Shown here: positions 33,450-46,485 of the stretch, in pieces
Numbering within the stretch: the stretch's first letter is position 1
Layout of the letters: each line of letters begins with the position of its first letter
Source of the DNA: Chrysomallon squamiferum
Taxonomy: Eukaryota; Animalia; Mollusca
DNA length: 64,000 nucleotides
Direction: 5' to 3'
Assembly (NCBI GenBank): GCA_012295275.1
Contig: CM022674.1
Coordinates: 6,758,001-6,822,000 of the forward strand
Translations under genes and position numbers: made by a program
The notes under the pieces: generated by a model
Database searches by the model: none
The model's input: only the letters and a program-made list of their open reading frames with translations
Told to the model about the DNA's origin: nothing

Positions 33450-36400
33450 ATGTGTTCATATATTCCGTTAATGGAAAGTCGGAGACAAAGGCATAAAAAG
33501 ATAAAAAGAAAAACAAACAGACTGACAGAAAGTTAAAGATTAACAGAGAGATTATTTTAAAAATAAAACAGAAAATAAACTGCAAAGAAATTTAGACATA
33601 TATATAACTTTATTCTTGTTTAATATCAGATACAGGTTACTTCCTACGAACTAAAACAAATCTGTGTATAAACTTTTCAGAATGTGGGAGGTATATCAGT
33701 GAAGAACAAAAAGAAGAAGAAGAAAAAATAAAGAAAACAAAAACAACAACAAGAAAAAGAAGACGAAGAAGAAGAAGGAAAAAGAAAGAAAGAAAATAAG
33801 AAAGAAAGAAGAAGACCGCAAACCGAAAAAAAGAAAGAAGAAGAAATAAAAACAAAAAGAACGAAGAAATAAAAACAGAAAAAACGAAGAAGAAGAAGGG
33901 AGATGGAAAGCAGACTAGCCCGTTGTAAACTGTCCCTGGATTACGAAGACCTCGGCCACTCATGAAAGCCACCGCCCTGGTTCCTCCCTCGTAAATTGTA
34001 AATTTACCCCCACGGAGCGGGTAATTGTTACCGTAATAAGGAATCCATCCTCCGTTCTAGAAATTGATTGAACAGTGAAAATAATAAAAAATAAAACAAG
34101 AACAGTAATGAAAATTTAAAGAAATAAACTGGACAAAAATTAATACTTAGTAGCAACACAATACACCGAAAAAAGAAAGAAAAAAAAAACCACATACAAA
34201 GAAATATATACAGACACAACCACAAAGATAAAACAATTATTCAAAGAGAAATACAGATTATTATTATTTGCGCTGATATTGAACGTCTCTGGTATGTGTA
34301 ATTTGATGTAACTTTGCAGTGTTAGAAATGGACATAAATTAAAATTAAAATTAAAATGTAATTACGTCAGCAGTGAAGAGTATCAGTGTATCGTCTAACA
34401 TTCCATTTTCTGTCAAAGCTCGAGTTACATTTCCTACTGCCTCATCTAGTGACGATACCATTCCTAAACAAACAAACAAACGAATAAACAAAGAACAACA
34501 AACAAAGTAGCAAACAAACAAACAGATAGATAAATAAAGAAGCAAATAAATAAAAATAAATAAACAAACAAACAAACAAACAGACAAGCAAATAAATAAA
34601 TAAATAAACAAACAAACAAACAAGCAAATAAACAAACAAATAAACAAACAAATAAATAACAAAATAAATAAAACAAAGAAACAAAATAAATAAACAAATA
34701 AATAAACAGACAGACAGACAAACAAATAAGCACGCAAGCAAATAAAAATTAAATAAACTAACAGAGATATAATAAATAAATAAATGAGTACTAATGCATG
34801 CGTGTGTCTGTGTGTGTGTGTGTATGTGTGTGTCTATTTTAACAATCTATTATTTTTTAAATCTATTACATTCTCATATCTTACCACTGAATTTCCGTCT
34901 GCCTTCGTTTTCAATATTTGGATACAAATCTTCGTACTTTTTAGGAACCTACAATTAATGTCATTACTAGTTTTCGAAAAGCTAACCTCACTTGTTTTTT
35001 TTCTTTTCTATTATATTGAAAACTTGTGACAGACATAGAAAGAAGTTATAAATGCAGACAGTAATATAAATCAAAGAACTGAGCATGGATAATTATATTA
35101 TTTGTATAGACACTTACTGAATGAATTTTGAACTGAATAAAATAATTGTATAATAAAATAAAAATCCCAATAAAAAAAACATATTATAAAATAGAGAAAC
35201 AAGGATGAAAAATTGAAAAAAAAAACACTACAAAGCTGATTAGAAATATACAGGAGATTGTCAACCAAGAAAATTAAGTCCCTGAGTCAAAGTGGAATTA
35301 AAAACATAAAAAATTCTGAGTTCAGAATTCTACAGTTTATTGTCAAAACATTCCAAACTTAAATTACAACAGACCAACTTTTAATCATTTGGGCTAACTA
35401 TTTGGAAGATTTTAGAAGCAGATATTGATAATTTATCAGATGTTTCTATTTCTAAGCTAACAATGACTTTATACTGAACAAAAAAACTAAAAACATGTAA
35501 CATTAACCTCGATAGGTTCGTGAACGGCTTGGAACGGTAGGTACAGAAACAGCGGCTGGCTTTTGTTGTGTCGATTAATAATATCTGTAGCCAGCGACGT
35601 GAAATAGTTCTGAAATTATATTTTTTTAAAATTTTAATATTTTTAGAGAAAATAAAAATCATTGTTCTCTCGCAAGTAATGATTATACAAACATGGACAT
35701 AAATACGAAATAACAAAGGAGTAAAAGTTGATCCTTGTCGAAGATCAGATAGGATGTCAAAATATTAAACTAATATGTAACAGTATTATTAAAAAATTAC
35801 ATATTCAAATATAGAGACAGATAAATATACATATATACAAACATATACATTTTCAAATGTTGAACATAAACATGTAGATATATATAATAATGCAAAATAA
35901 AAGCTAATAATAAAATGTTGCAAACTGATTGTTTAAAAATAATATATTTTAAGGTTAATAAGTTAACAAGTAGGTACATTTGTGAGTTACTAACCAGGTA
36001 AGGTAATAAATACTATACAAATTAAAATATTTCGTATTAGTCAAATTAGTGTTTGAGAATATAAGCCATATGTTATTTAGTATGTAAACTGGTAAGTAAG
36101 GTAGTAAGTATATAGATAGCTGAGTTATTAAGTTAGTAGGTGATAATATTAAGTAGTTAACTTAGCGAGTTAGTAATCATGTGTGTTAGTGAGTTAGCAG
36201 ATAGATACGTTAGTGAGTTAGAAGATAGATAAGTGAGTGAGTTAGAAGATATATAAGTTAGTGAGTTAGAAAATATAAGTTAGTTAGTTGAGTGAATACG
36301 TTAGTGAGTTAGTAAATGTGTAAGTTAGTGAGTGGATACGTTAGTGAGTTAGTAAATGTGTAAGTTAGTGAGTGGATACGTTAGTGAGTTAGTAAATGTG

Positions 36401-36533
36401 TAAGTTAGTGAGTGGATACGTTAGTGAGTTAGTAAATGTGTAAGTTAGTAAACACCGTGGAGTAAGTTCCGTTAAGATTTCTGACTGGTTGTTTGTTGTC
36501 ACGAAAATCCAAATAATTATCTACAAATAAATA

Positions 36534-36568
<35 letters not shown>

Positions 36569-36605
36569 ACACATAAATAAATAAACAAATAAATAAATAA
36601 ACGAA

Positions 36606-36644
<39 letters not shown>

Positions 36645-37886
36645 ACAAACAAATAAATAAACAAATAAACAAATAAATAAATAAATACACAAATCAAATC
36701 AAATCAAATCAAATAAATAAATTTAAAAAATAAATTATATAATTATAAACACATCTGTTATTATTAAAGTAGAGAAATAACAGGAGCATCAGCAGCAACA
36801 ACAACAACAACAACAACAACAAATAGAAGAAGAAAAAAGAGAAAAGTTACCTGTAATTGTCTAATACGCGTGATATTACACGTGTGTTTTAAAATATGTT
36901 TTATAATCTTTTCACTAACCAGTGGAATGCGTGTAGTAGTCTTCGTCAGCGTTGTAGTAGCCGAAGAAAGTATCAAAGCCGCGGTAGGTGGGCGTGCAGT
37001 CCCAGCTGCAGAAACCCAGGTGCCATCTGAAACAAAACCAAAACAATTAAATATTACAAAACAAAGTACCTTTCTTGTGTCGTTTTTATTTATGTTTATA
37101 TTATGGTTACTGTTTGTGCTGTTATTGTTGTTGCTGTTGTTGTTGTTATTATGATTATTATTGTTGTTGTTGTTGTTATTATTATTATTGTTGTTGTTGT
37201 TGTTGTTGTTATTATTATTATTAATGAATATTACTATTATCACTGTCGTTATAGTTCTTGTTGTTGTTGCTGTTGTTGTTGCTGTTGTTATTGTTGTTGT
37301 TGTTATCATTATTATTATTATTATTAATGAATATTAGTATTATCACTGTCGTTATAGTTGTTGTTGTTGTTGTTGTTGTTGTTGTTATTATTATGTGTAC
37401 GTGTCTGTCTTCTTTTCTTTTTTCATCTCTTCATCTAATCATACTTTCTTTCGGTTTTCTGTCTTCTTATTGCAATTTTCTTTTTGTTACAATTTAACAA
37501 CACACATTTATACTTGTTGTAACAAAGACAGACTGATAGAAAGATATTTTAATACACTAACTTGCCAACCATGTGTGTAGCATAACCTAGCTCCTTCAGT
37601 CTTTCAGGTAACACAGTGATGTTGAGTGGGACACAGACAGGTTGGTACGGTAAAATAACTAGATGCTGAAACAAATACATAAATAAACAAATAAATAAAT
37701 AAATAAATAAATAAATGATGAAAAATAAATATAAAAAAATCAAAGAAAGAAAGAATGAATGAATGAATGAAATAAAGAACAGAAAAAAAAAAAAAAGAGA
37801 GAGAGAATAAAAACATTGAAAAATAAACAAATAACGAAAATAAAAATAAAAGAAAACGAGAAAGAAATACACGGGGAGACCGAAAG

Positions 37887-37957
<71 letters not shown>

Positions 37958-38812
37958 ATAAAATAGATGAAAGAAAACAGAAAATGGGGAAGAAAATAAC
38001 AAATGAACCAGTGACGTGTCTACGGCAAGCACAGAAACTGAACTCCATTTTAACATTACCATAAAATCAGTTCAAAAATTCCGTTCTAGTTTAATAATAA
38101 TAATAAAAAAAGTACCAGTCTAGTTTAATAAAAAAAAAAAAAAAAAAAAGTACCAGTCTAGTTTAATAAAAAAAAAAAAAAAAAAAAAAGTCCAGTCAGA
38201 AAACTAGTGGCGCTTTGCCCAGGACAAAAAAAAAAAAATCGCATTTAAAAAAAGTACCCAACTGATGCGGTAAATACAAGCTAGCGGAGTAATTCAACCT
38301 ATGACTTCATTAACAAACCAACGAATAGAAAATGAGTGAAACTACGTGCAGACCTGCAGTCCCATTTTAAAAGGATAATAACCAGTCATTAGAGCACTTC
38401 GTGATCTGAAATGAAAAACACAGGATTAATTTAAATCCGCTTTAATCCAGTGTCATCCTTTTAAATATGAAATATATATTCATGAATTTATATCAGTTGT
38501 TCTTCAGTTTTTATTTATTATTTGTTTATTTGTAGAGCTATTTTCCTTTTTTTTTTTTTTTTTCACTTTTTTGTGACTTTCATTATTTCTTTGTTTCATT
38601 ATATATTTTTTTTAAATTTAAATAAAATAATCATTAATTTTGTCATTATGATTATTATTATTAGAAGTATCGTTATAGGTAGCTGCAGTAATTTGTGGTA
38701 TGAGTGTATGTGTATGTATATGAATGTATCTTTATGTGTATATCTGTAAATGTATGTGCTTGAGCAAATGAATGTGTGTGTGTGTGTTTATATATATATG
38801 TGTGTGTGCGTG

Positions 38813-38844
<32 letters not shown>

Positions 38845-40092
38845 AGTGTATTAGTGTTTGTGTGTATGTGTAAGTGTGACTATATGTATGTGTGTATATG
38901 TGTGTCTGTAGTCTGTATGTTTAACTGTCTGTGTATGTGAAAGTGTGTCTATATGTATGTGTGTGTGTCTGTAGTCTGTGTGTTTAACTGTCTGTGTATA
39001 TGTGTGTCTATAGTCTGTGTGTTTAATATGTGTGTCTGTAGTTTGTATGTTTAACTATATGTATGTGTGTATGTGTGTCTATAGTCTGTGTGTTTAACTG
39101 TATGTGTGTGTGTGTGTGTCTATAGTCTGTATGTTTAATTGTCTGTGTGTATGTTTAATGTATGTCTGTGTGTGTGTGTCTGTAGTCTGTGTGTTTAATT
39201 GTCTGTGTGTATGTGTAAGTGTGACTATATGTATGTGTGTGTGCGTGTCTGTAGTCTGTGTGTTTAACTGTCTGTGTGTGTGTCGGTGTGACACTGACGG
39301 ACTACAGAGAGGTTGGACGTAGGAGGAGTTGAGGATGACGCCGTTTCGCGCCAGTTTGTCGATGTTTGGAGATTTAATGTCTGGATTGTGAAACCCGATA
39401 TCATTCCAGCCTGAAAATAAAAACAACACACTGAAAATAAAAACAACACACTGAAAATAAAAACAACACACTGAAAATAAAAACAACACACTGAAAATAA
39501 AAACAACACACTGAAAATAAAAACAACACACTGAAAATAAAAACAACACACTGAAAATAAAAACAACACACTGAAAAAAAACAAACTGAAAATAAAACAA
39601 ACTGAAAATAAAAAAACAACACTGAAAATAAAAACAACACACTGAAAATAAAAACAATGAAAATAAAAAACAACACACTGAAAAAAAAAAAACAATAACT
39701 GAAAAATAAAACAACACACTGAAAAAAATAAAAATAAAACACTGAAAAAAAAAACAACACAAAAAATAAAAACAACAACTGAAAATAAAAACACTGAAAA
39801 TAAAAACAACACAAACAAAAAAAAAACAAATACTGAAAATAAAAAAGGAACTGAAAATAAAAATACAAAAAATAAAAACAACATACTGAAAGAAACAGAA
39901 TAGGAAAGAAATACAAGATAAAAGAAAGACGAAAAGAAGAAAAATAAAAGAAAAAAAAAACGAAAAATAATAACAGAAAGAACAAATTCAAACACTTTAT
40001 TTTCCTTTTATAATAATTTGCATTCTGAGGGCTGCATCTCCCCTGTATACATGTGTCTATAAATAGAAATAGCCTAGACTTCTCTCTCTCGC

Positions 40093-40187
<95 letters not shown>

Positions 40188-40502
40188 TTCGACAGGTTGG
40201 TCAGTCATATAAAACGCTTACTCTCTAACCACTAGACTAATACTTTCACTAGAAAACACACAAGCAACCATGCATAAAGTTGCTGTCGTTTTTTGTGTGT
40301 GTTTGTTTGTTGTTGTTGTTGTTGTTTTTTAATTTAATCAAAGAGAATTTAGTGTGTGTTTGTATTTTGTTGTTTTTTTGTTTGTTTTTTACTTACCCAA
40401 ATCGTCTGCTACTATAAATACAATGTGAGGTCGACTTGTCCCTGCTGTGACGTCATTAGTAACTAACACAATAATTCCTAGTATGAGAAGAATACTGTTC
40501 AT
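29987..40502 (-). CDS. ARSB: Arylsulfatase B/I/J-like sulfatase, secreted or lysosomal, ~485 aa (~563 aa if the duplicated exon pair is also included)
   Basis: Exons: 40502-40397, 39410-39299, 38405-38354, 37665-37562, 37026-36920, 36520-36456, 35609-35508, 34948-34885, 34463-34366, 34056-33920, 32944-32886, 32139-32016, 31591-31440, [duplicates 31140-31017, 30722-30613], 30162-29987. Signal peptide [14 protein letters not shown]; [15 protein letters not shown]; formylglycine motif [11 protein letters not shown]; [13 protein letters not shown]; FTADNGG; NYPLRGGK; LMHVVDW; [14 protein letters not shown]; C-terminal WSPGWC. Orthology to ARSB versus ARSI/J is not resolved. Confidence 0.93.
32943..33270. 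repeat. ~58-75-bp tandem repeat containing GTGTACAAATGTCTGTCATCAGTTTTAATA (5 copies)
   Basis: Starts at the acceptor of sulfatase exon 11. Confidence 0.9.
36130..36450. repeat. GTTAGT-rich array including a 40-bp unit (GTTAGTGAGTTAGTAAATGTGTAAGTTAGTGAGTGGATAC) in about 4 copies
   Basis: Direct reading; adjacent to the donor of sulfatase exon 6. Confidence 0.9.
38860..39290. repeat. Degenerate GT-rich minisatellite (GTGTCTGTAGTCTGTGTGTTTAACT)
   Basis: About 9 recurrences, adjacent to the donor of sulfatase exon 2. Confidence 0.85.
39411..39900. repeat. 20-bp tandem repeat CTGAAAATAAAAACAACACA (8 exact copies 39411-39570, then degenerate)
   Basis: Direct reading; on the minus strand each unit ends in TTTTCAG. 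Confidence 0.95.
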
Positions 40503-40872
40503 CCTGAATAGTAGTTTCGGGGTGAAATAAATTTACGAAATTTTGTAAAACTAATAATACGAGGTCAAACGAGGACAGATAAAATCTGCCCTTTGAACCC
40601 AGATAACGATTTAGTGTCAACAGCATCGTGCTGTTAATATTTTATATAAGTACTTGTTTTATCTTTCTGTCGCTGTAGTAGATCCTCTTTGATTAAATTA
40701 AATTAACCAGGTTTTAATTTAGACGTTTTTCACATTTTCAGTAGAAAATTGCTGATAAAAGGTAATGAATGGCCAGTTGTCTGTGCAGATGTTTTCTCCT
40801 TCTTCTTTTTTCTTTCTTTCTAACTTTCTTTCAATTTTTTTTCCACGGTATATGTATATTGCTAACAGCATA

Positions 40873-40908
<36 letters not shown>

Positions 40909-42027
40909 TACCAAACACAAACACAAACGTGCATGTACATACATATATAAACAGACATACAGAAAGGTACGTACGTTCGTACTCATCGACTTAGAGAGTT
41001 TTAATTTTGGTATGGCTAATATCGCAATTGTCATGGGTTTTATTTCCATACCGATCCACCCAAAATACAAAAGGACACTTTCATATTGATTTTATACCTA
41101 ATTATAAAATGTTGTACTACCAACAGTAAAAACGTACAGAAGACAAAAATATTTGTCCGAAACCTTTCACATGTAACAAATAAAAGCATCAAGAAAAAAA
41201 ACATGAAAAAATAATGAAAATAATAAAAACAACAACAACAACAACAACAATGTCCACGTCTGTTTAAACAACAGTTTAATGTCCATTGTAACAGTATTAG
41301 AAGAAGAAAAAAAATAAATTTCAGGGTTTTCATCGATTTTTCCGAGGTAGAAATTACTACGTAAATATTAAACGTTTATGATCAATATCAAATTCCTTCC
41401 ATTTACAAAATATTATGAAAATATAATTTTATATATGAATATCTTACGAAAGCTATACATGTACAAATAAATATAAACACGAATTTGTAAAGTTGTGTTT
41501 AGGAATGTCTTACATTACGTAATGACGTCAACGCTAATACGTCACATAACACTTCATGAATCCATGCTAACTACATTGTGACATGATCAATAACATTATC
41601 AAAGTGGATTACAAATGGTTACTATAAGTTAGATTCACTTAGCTCACCTATATTTAACATTAAAATCAAACTACGTTATGAATAATTACTATAATTCTAC
41701 ATTGTATGAATCTACCTTTATTTACTAGTGGAACCTTTATAAACGGTTAGTATAATTTACCTGAGTAAATGCTGCTTTATTTAACAGTAAATTCAAATTG
41801 CTTTGAAAATGGTTACTATAACTTACACGGTGTGTATGCATCTTTGTTTAATTAATAGAGTCCAAATGTTTATCATTGTTTATACTGTATCACTTCAATT
41901 GCTATCACTGACAATAATAATAATAGAAATAATAATAGTAATAATAATAATAACAACAACAGTAGTAATAACAACAACAAAAATAATATAAATGACGCTA
42001 CAACAAACACACCGACAGCAACGACAT

Positions 42028-44639
42028 CTACTTCACTGCAACGTTGTAACAGGCGTATCCAAGTGCAACAGCTACCACAACGAAAAAAACCGACTTCCAC
42101 CGACTTCTGTTTTCGTGTTTGGGGAGTTTGCGCAACTGACGAGCAAAAATATCTTTTCTCGCTATGTTGCAGACTTTGAGGGCGTCGTCTAACGATTCCA
42201 CGCCCACTAATCTGTGATGGACAGAAAAGGCGGGCGTTAAATAGAACACATACGCTAAATATGGATTCTTCAAGAAGTCCCACAGAGTTGGAGTAGCTCC
42301 GATCAGTGAGGCAAGTTCGTCTCTGTATGGCACATTTTCAAACTGTAAATAAATAAATATAATTCTAACTGACAACCAACACTATATAAGCATATATAAC
42401 ACATACACACACCAAATACAGATACATGTACTTACACATACGCGCACGTACACGCACGCGTGCATATGCACAAACGTGCGTTTACATTTGAATACATCTT
42501 GCAATATCTTGTTTCTCGATCAAATAAATATTGTGTTTATAACAAATAAATAATTGAAATGAAATATAATAAATAAATAAATAAATAAATAATAAATAAA
42601 TAAATAAATAAAGAATAAAACAAACAAAACAACAAAATCAACAATAAATAGATAAATAAATAAATAAACATATTAACTAACTAATCAATTTAAAAATATA
42701 AACTAAACTAAAACTAAATATAAACTCAAATAACAATAAAAAATATATATATAAATAAATATTTAAATAAATAAATAAAATAAATAAATAAATAAATAAA
42801 TAAATATATTAACTAACTAATCAATTTAAAAATATAAACTAAACTAAAACTAAATATAAACTCAAATAAGATAAAAAATAAAAAAATATATAAATAAATA
42901 AATATTTAAATAAATAAATAAATAATAAATAAATAAACATATTAACTAACTAACAATTTAAAAATATTAAACTAAAATTAAAATAAACTCAAATAAAAAA
43001 TATATATATATATATAAATAAATAAATATTTAAATAAATAAATTTAAAATAATAAAATCAATTTAAACTAAACTAAAATTAAATATAAACTCAAATAAAA
43101 AAAATATATATATATAAATAAATAAATATTTTAATAAATAAATAAATAAAATAAATAAATAAATAAATTAATAAATAAATATTTATTTAAATAAATAAAT
43201 AAAATAAATAAATAAATAAATAAATAAACATATTAACTAACTAATCAATTTAAAAATATAAACTAAACTAAAACTAAATATAAACTCAAATAACAATAAA
43301 AAAATATATATATAAATAAATATTTAAATAAATAAATAAATAAATAAATAAAATTACCCTGTAATTGTATCGTCCATATTCTTTCAAAATATTTCTGTTC
43401 ACTTTGTCCACTTCTTTTCTCAATACATGTCTGGGAGGCAGCTGTAACTTTCCTGTCAAAACACGAACGGCAACTCTAGCCTGCATCTCGACTACAGGTG
43501 GCGATGGACCGAATGACTTCATACAGCCAATCAGAGCCAATGTATGATGAGACAGCTGTAGCGGAAAGATCATCTTGTAACAGTCCATTTTTCCATTAGC
43601 TGCAGAGAAAAAAGAAAAAGGATATAAAAGTAAATAAGTATGTTTGAGAGAGAGAGAGAGAGACTGATAAACGAAACTAACTATATCGTGGGACAGTTTA
43701 AAACAGTGTAAAACAATATAATAGTTTAGACCACTGGTTTTCAACCTTTTTCATACCACGACCCCTTATGAGCAACTCAGTATAACTGATGACCCCTTTA
43801 AAAATTTTGATTCAATAATATCTAGGGTTACCATATTTTCATCAATCAAAGACAGTACAAACGGAATCTGTATTCACTATGACGAGTCCGAAACCTATCT
43901 ATATGTTTTTATTTGTTCCTCCTTCCAAGTCAAGTTGAAAAAAACTAAAACATACCCTCGCTCAAGAACGACCTCGCAACCCCAGAAAAAAAAAACCTAT
44001 GGTTTAGACAAATAGTTAGAACTGGAAATAACACAAAACACCGCGATGATGAAAACTGACCTGGTTTTACAAACTAACTTTAAACAAAAAAAAACTACAT
44101 TTCGCACTCATTAACTAGACTTTCTCATTTCTCAGTAAACTTGTAATACCCACCGTCTAGAACAGAAGGCTTTATGAACGACAAATCGCAGTTGTATCCC
44201 GTTCCAAACACCACGGAGTCCAAATCGCCAATCACCGTTCCCGTCTTCGCATACAGCCTCGTTCCCGCGAAAACGCGTGACACGTCCGCACACCCTGATC
44301 TTCCCGCATATCAGCCCCGTGACGACGTCTTCGCAGACCATCACCGGCGCGCACAGTGGGGGACTGCGACACAGAAAGCCGTACTGGGCGTGGTCAATCA
44401 GCTTACTGCACTTCGTTTTAATGATCAGGTTGAGGAACGCCCGAGGGAACCAGTAGACGATTCTCCGAATGTTGAGGTCCACGGACCTCGCACGTGCGTC
44501 GCGTCTGGAGTAGACCCAGCAGCCGTTGCCTACGTCGATGTAGACCTGAAATAAACATGTATATTAATTAATTAATTTTATTTTACTTTATTTTATTTTA
44601 TTTACTTATTTATTTATTTGTATTATTTTATTATTTAAA

Positions 44640-44678
<39 letters not shown>

Positions 44679-44941
44679 TAAATAATAATAATAATAATAA
44701 TAATAATTATAATTATAATTACAATAAAATAAGTAAGTAACTAAGTATGGAAATAAAATAAAATAATTATATGATATGATATAATATAATATAATATAAC
44801 ATAACATAACTTAACATAAAATAACATAATATAATATAGGTTTGTTTTCAATGGCAGAACATGGTTAACAATAAACAGATTCAATCAGAAAGGAAATTAC
44901 ACAAAGTTTTCCTTTTATTTATTTATTTATTTATTTATTTA

Positions 44942-45001
<60 letters not shown>

Positions 45002-45334
45002 TTAAACAGCGTGTGACGAAGGTAGAGTGTTCAAAATCAGGACATCTGACCACACCAATTCAATCACGTGATCACAATGCGTGTATTAGTTATAAATTTC
45101 AGTTAAAAGTTAGTTCGTTGTAATGATGATTGTAACTATAGCAATATTACGTACTTGTTTTGCCACGTGACTGATATCAACTGCCATATCTCCTGCAGAG
45201 CTTCCGTTACCTGCAATAATTATTATTATTACCTGTACAATAAGTAATTGATGTTGTCTGTTAATTAATTAATAAAGAAGAAGAAGAAGAAGGAGAGAAT
45301 CAGAAGGATCAGAAAGATAATGATGATAATACTG

Positions 45335-45367
<33 letters not shown>

Positions 45368-46485
45368 ATAATAATAATAATAATAATAAGAAGAAGAATA
45401 AGAAGAAGAAGAAGAAGAAGAAAAAGACTGAAGATAATGATGATTACCTATTACAAGAACACGTTTGTTTTTGTATTTCCGTGCATGTCTGTACGTTTGA
45501 CTGTGTTCCTTAGTTCCAGGAAAAGTTTCCATTCCTTCTATTTCAGGAATACGTGGGACTGTGTAAAAACCAGAACCGACCAATACGCAGTCAAACGTCT
45601 CCGTTCGGACGTTTCCGGCATATTCCGTTGTCACGTTCCATTTACCGGTGACGTCATAATCGTTTGTTTGAGTTATGGATAGAACTTTTGTCTTAAACTG
45701 AATATATTTTATTACATCGAAATGTTCGGCGTATTTTTTTAAATACGTGTAAAATGTTTGATAAGTCAAAAAGGGCGGACATTCTGGCGGGAAAGGAAAG
45801 TCACTGTATGACGTCATCCACTTGCTGGTGTTAGAGATGAGGCATTCGTAAACTCCCGTTCCATCTCGACAGTCTTCGGAATAATTCCAAATACCACCTA
45901 AAAAAAAAGAATATTTAAAAATGTTTTTAAAAATATTTAATAATAATAGGAACAAATTTATGTGTTTGCGATAAATTGTCAAAACATTTTCGAAAATAAA
46001 TTCTTGTTTCTAAAATGATGTAAATATTAGATATTGATTATTTTCATTTTACTTGCATAATTTATGTTAATTACTTAGCTCTTAACATAAAGAGGGACGC
46101 TTATATCAAAACTGAAGTTTGTATAGTATTAAATTCATTGACACAAAACACACTTTTATTCTCCAGTGCTCCTAATCCTAGCCGAAACTTAAAGACTTGG
46201 ACAAAAACCACACAACCTTTGCCTTAATACTAACCAAATCATGTAATCCCAGATCATATCATAAACCTAACGAACCTGAGTCCAAATGCCAAGGGTGTCA
46301 TAACCCTACATATTTACCTACATTATAACTGTATGAATTATTAGACAGAGAAACACATTTTTAAACGAACCTAGGTCACCTCGTAACTCAAAGCAAACAG
46401 GTTCCAGACCCGCAGCAAGACACTCCTTCACAGAACACAGACCAGCTACACCGGCACCAACAACAGCAACACGTCGTGCTGGCAT
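42028..46485 (-). CDS. FMO: Flavin-containing monooxygenase (dimethylaniline monooxygenase family), ~522 aa after correcting a 1-nt frameshift
   Basis: Exons: 46485-46371, 45897-45448, 45210-45155, 44545-44154, 43599-43358, 42342-42028. FAD motif VAVVGAGVAG; GGIWNY; ISNTSK; FMO signature FPGTKEHSQTY; NADPH motif VLVIGNGSSAGD; FATGY-like FGTGY; EMQAR; C-terminal hydrophobic anchor. One extra base at ~44238-44242 in exon 4. Confidence 0.9.
42560..43352. repeat. AT-rich ~130-160-bp tandem duplications with (AAAT)n in FMO intron 5
   Basis: Recurrent block CATATTAACTAACTAATCAATTTAAAAATATAAACTAAACTAAAACTAAATATAAACTCAAAT. Confidence 0.85.
43732..44001. mobile_element. Non-autonomous hAT (Charlie/Buster-like) MITE in FMO intron 4
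   Basis: Flanked by identical 8-bp direct repeats GTTTAGAC (43724-43731, 44002-44009) with central TA. Left end CACTGGTTTTCAACCTTTTT; imperfect right TIR (AAAAACCTATG); subterminal GACCCC/CAACCCC motifs. Confidence 0.75.

Noticed and set aside
39094-39995. Long Phe/Cys/Val-rich ORFs resembling membrane proteins
   Set aside because: They derive from the 20-bp repeat; only 39410-39299 is a real exon.
46165-46315. CCTAA/TAACC-rich stretch resembling an interstitial telomeric repeat
   Set aside because: Too degenerate; no run of intact TTAGGG units.
29987-46485. Sulfatase plus FMO as a functional sulfur/xenobiotic or pigment-precursor gene cluster
   Set aside because: Adjacency of two members of large families in the same orientation is not evidence of a pathway without synteny or co-expression data.
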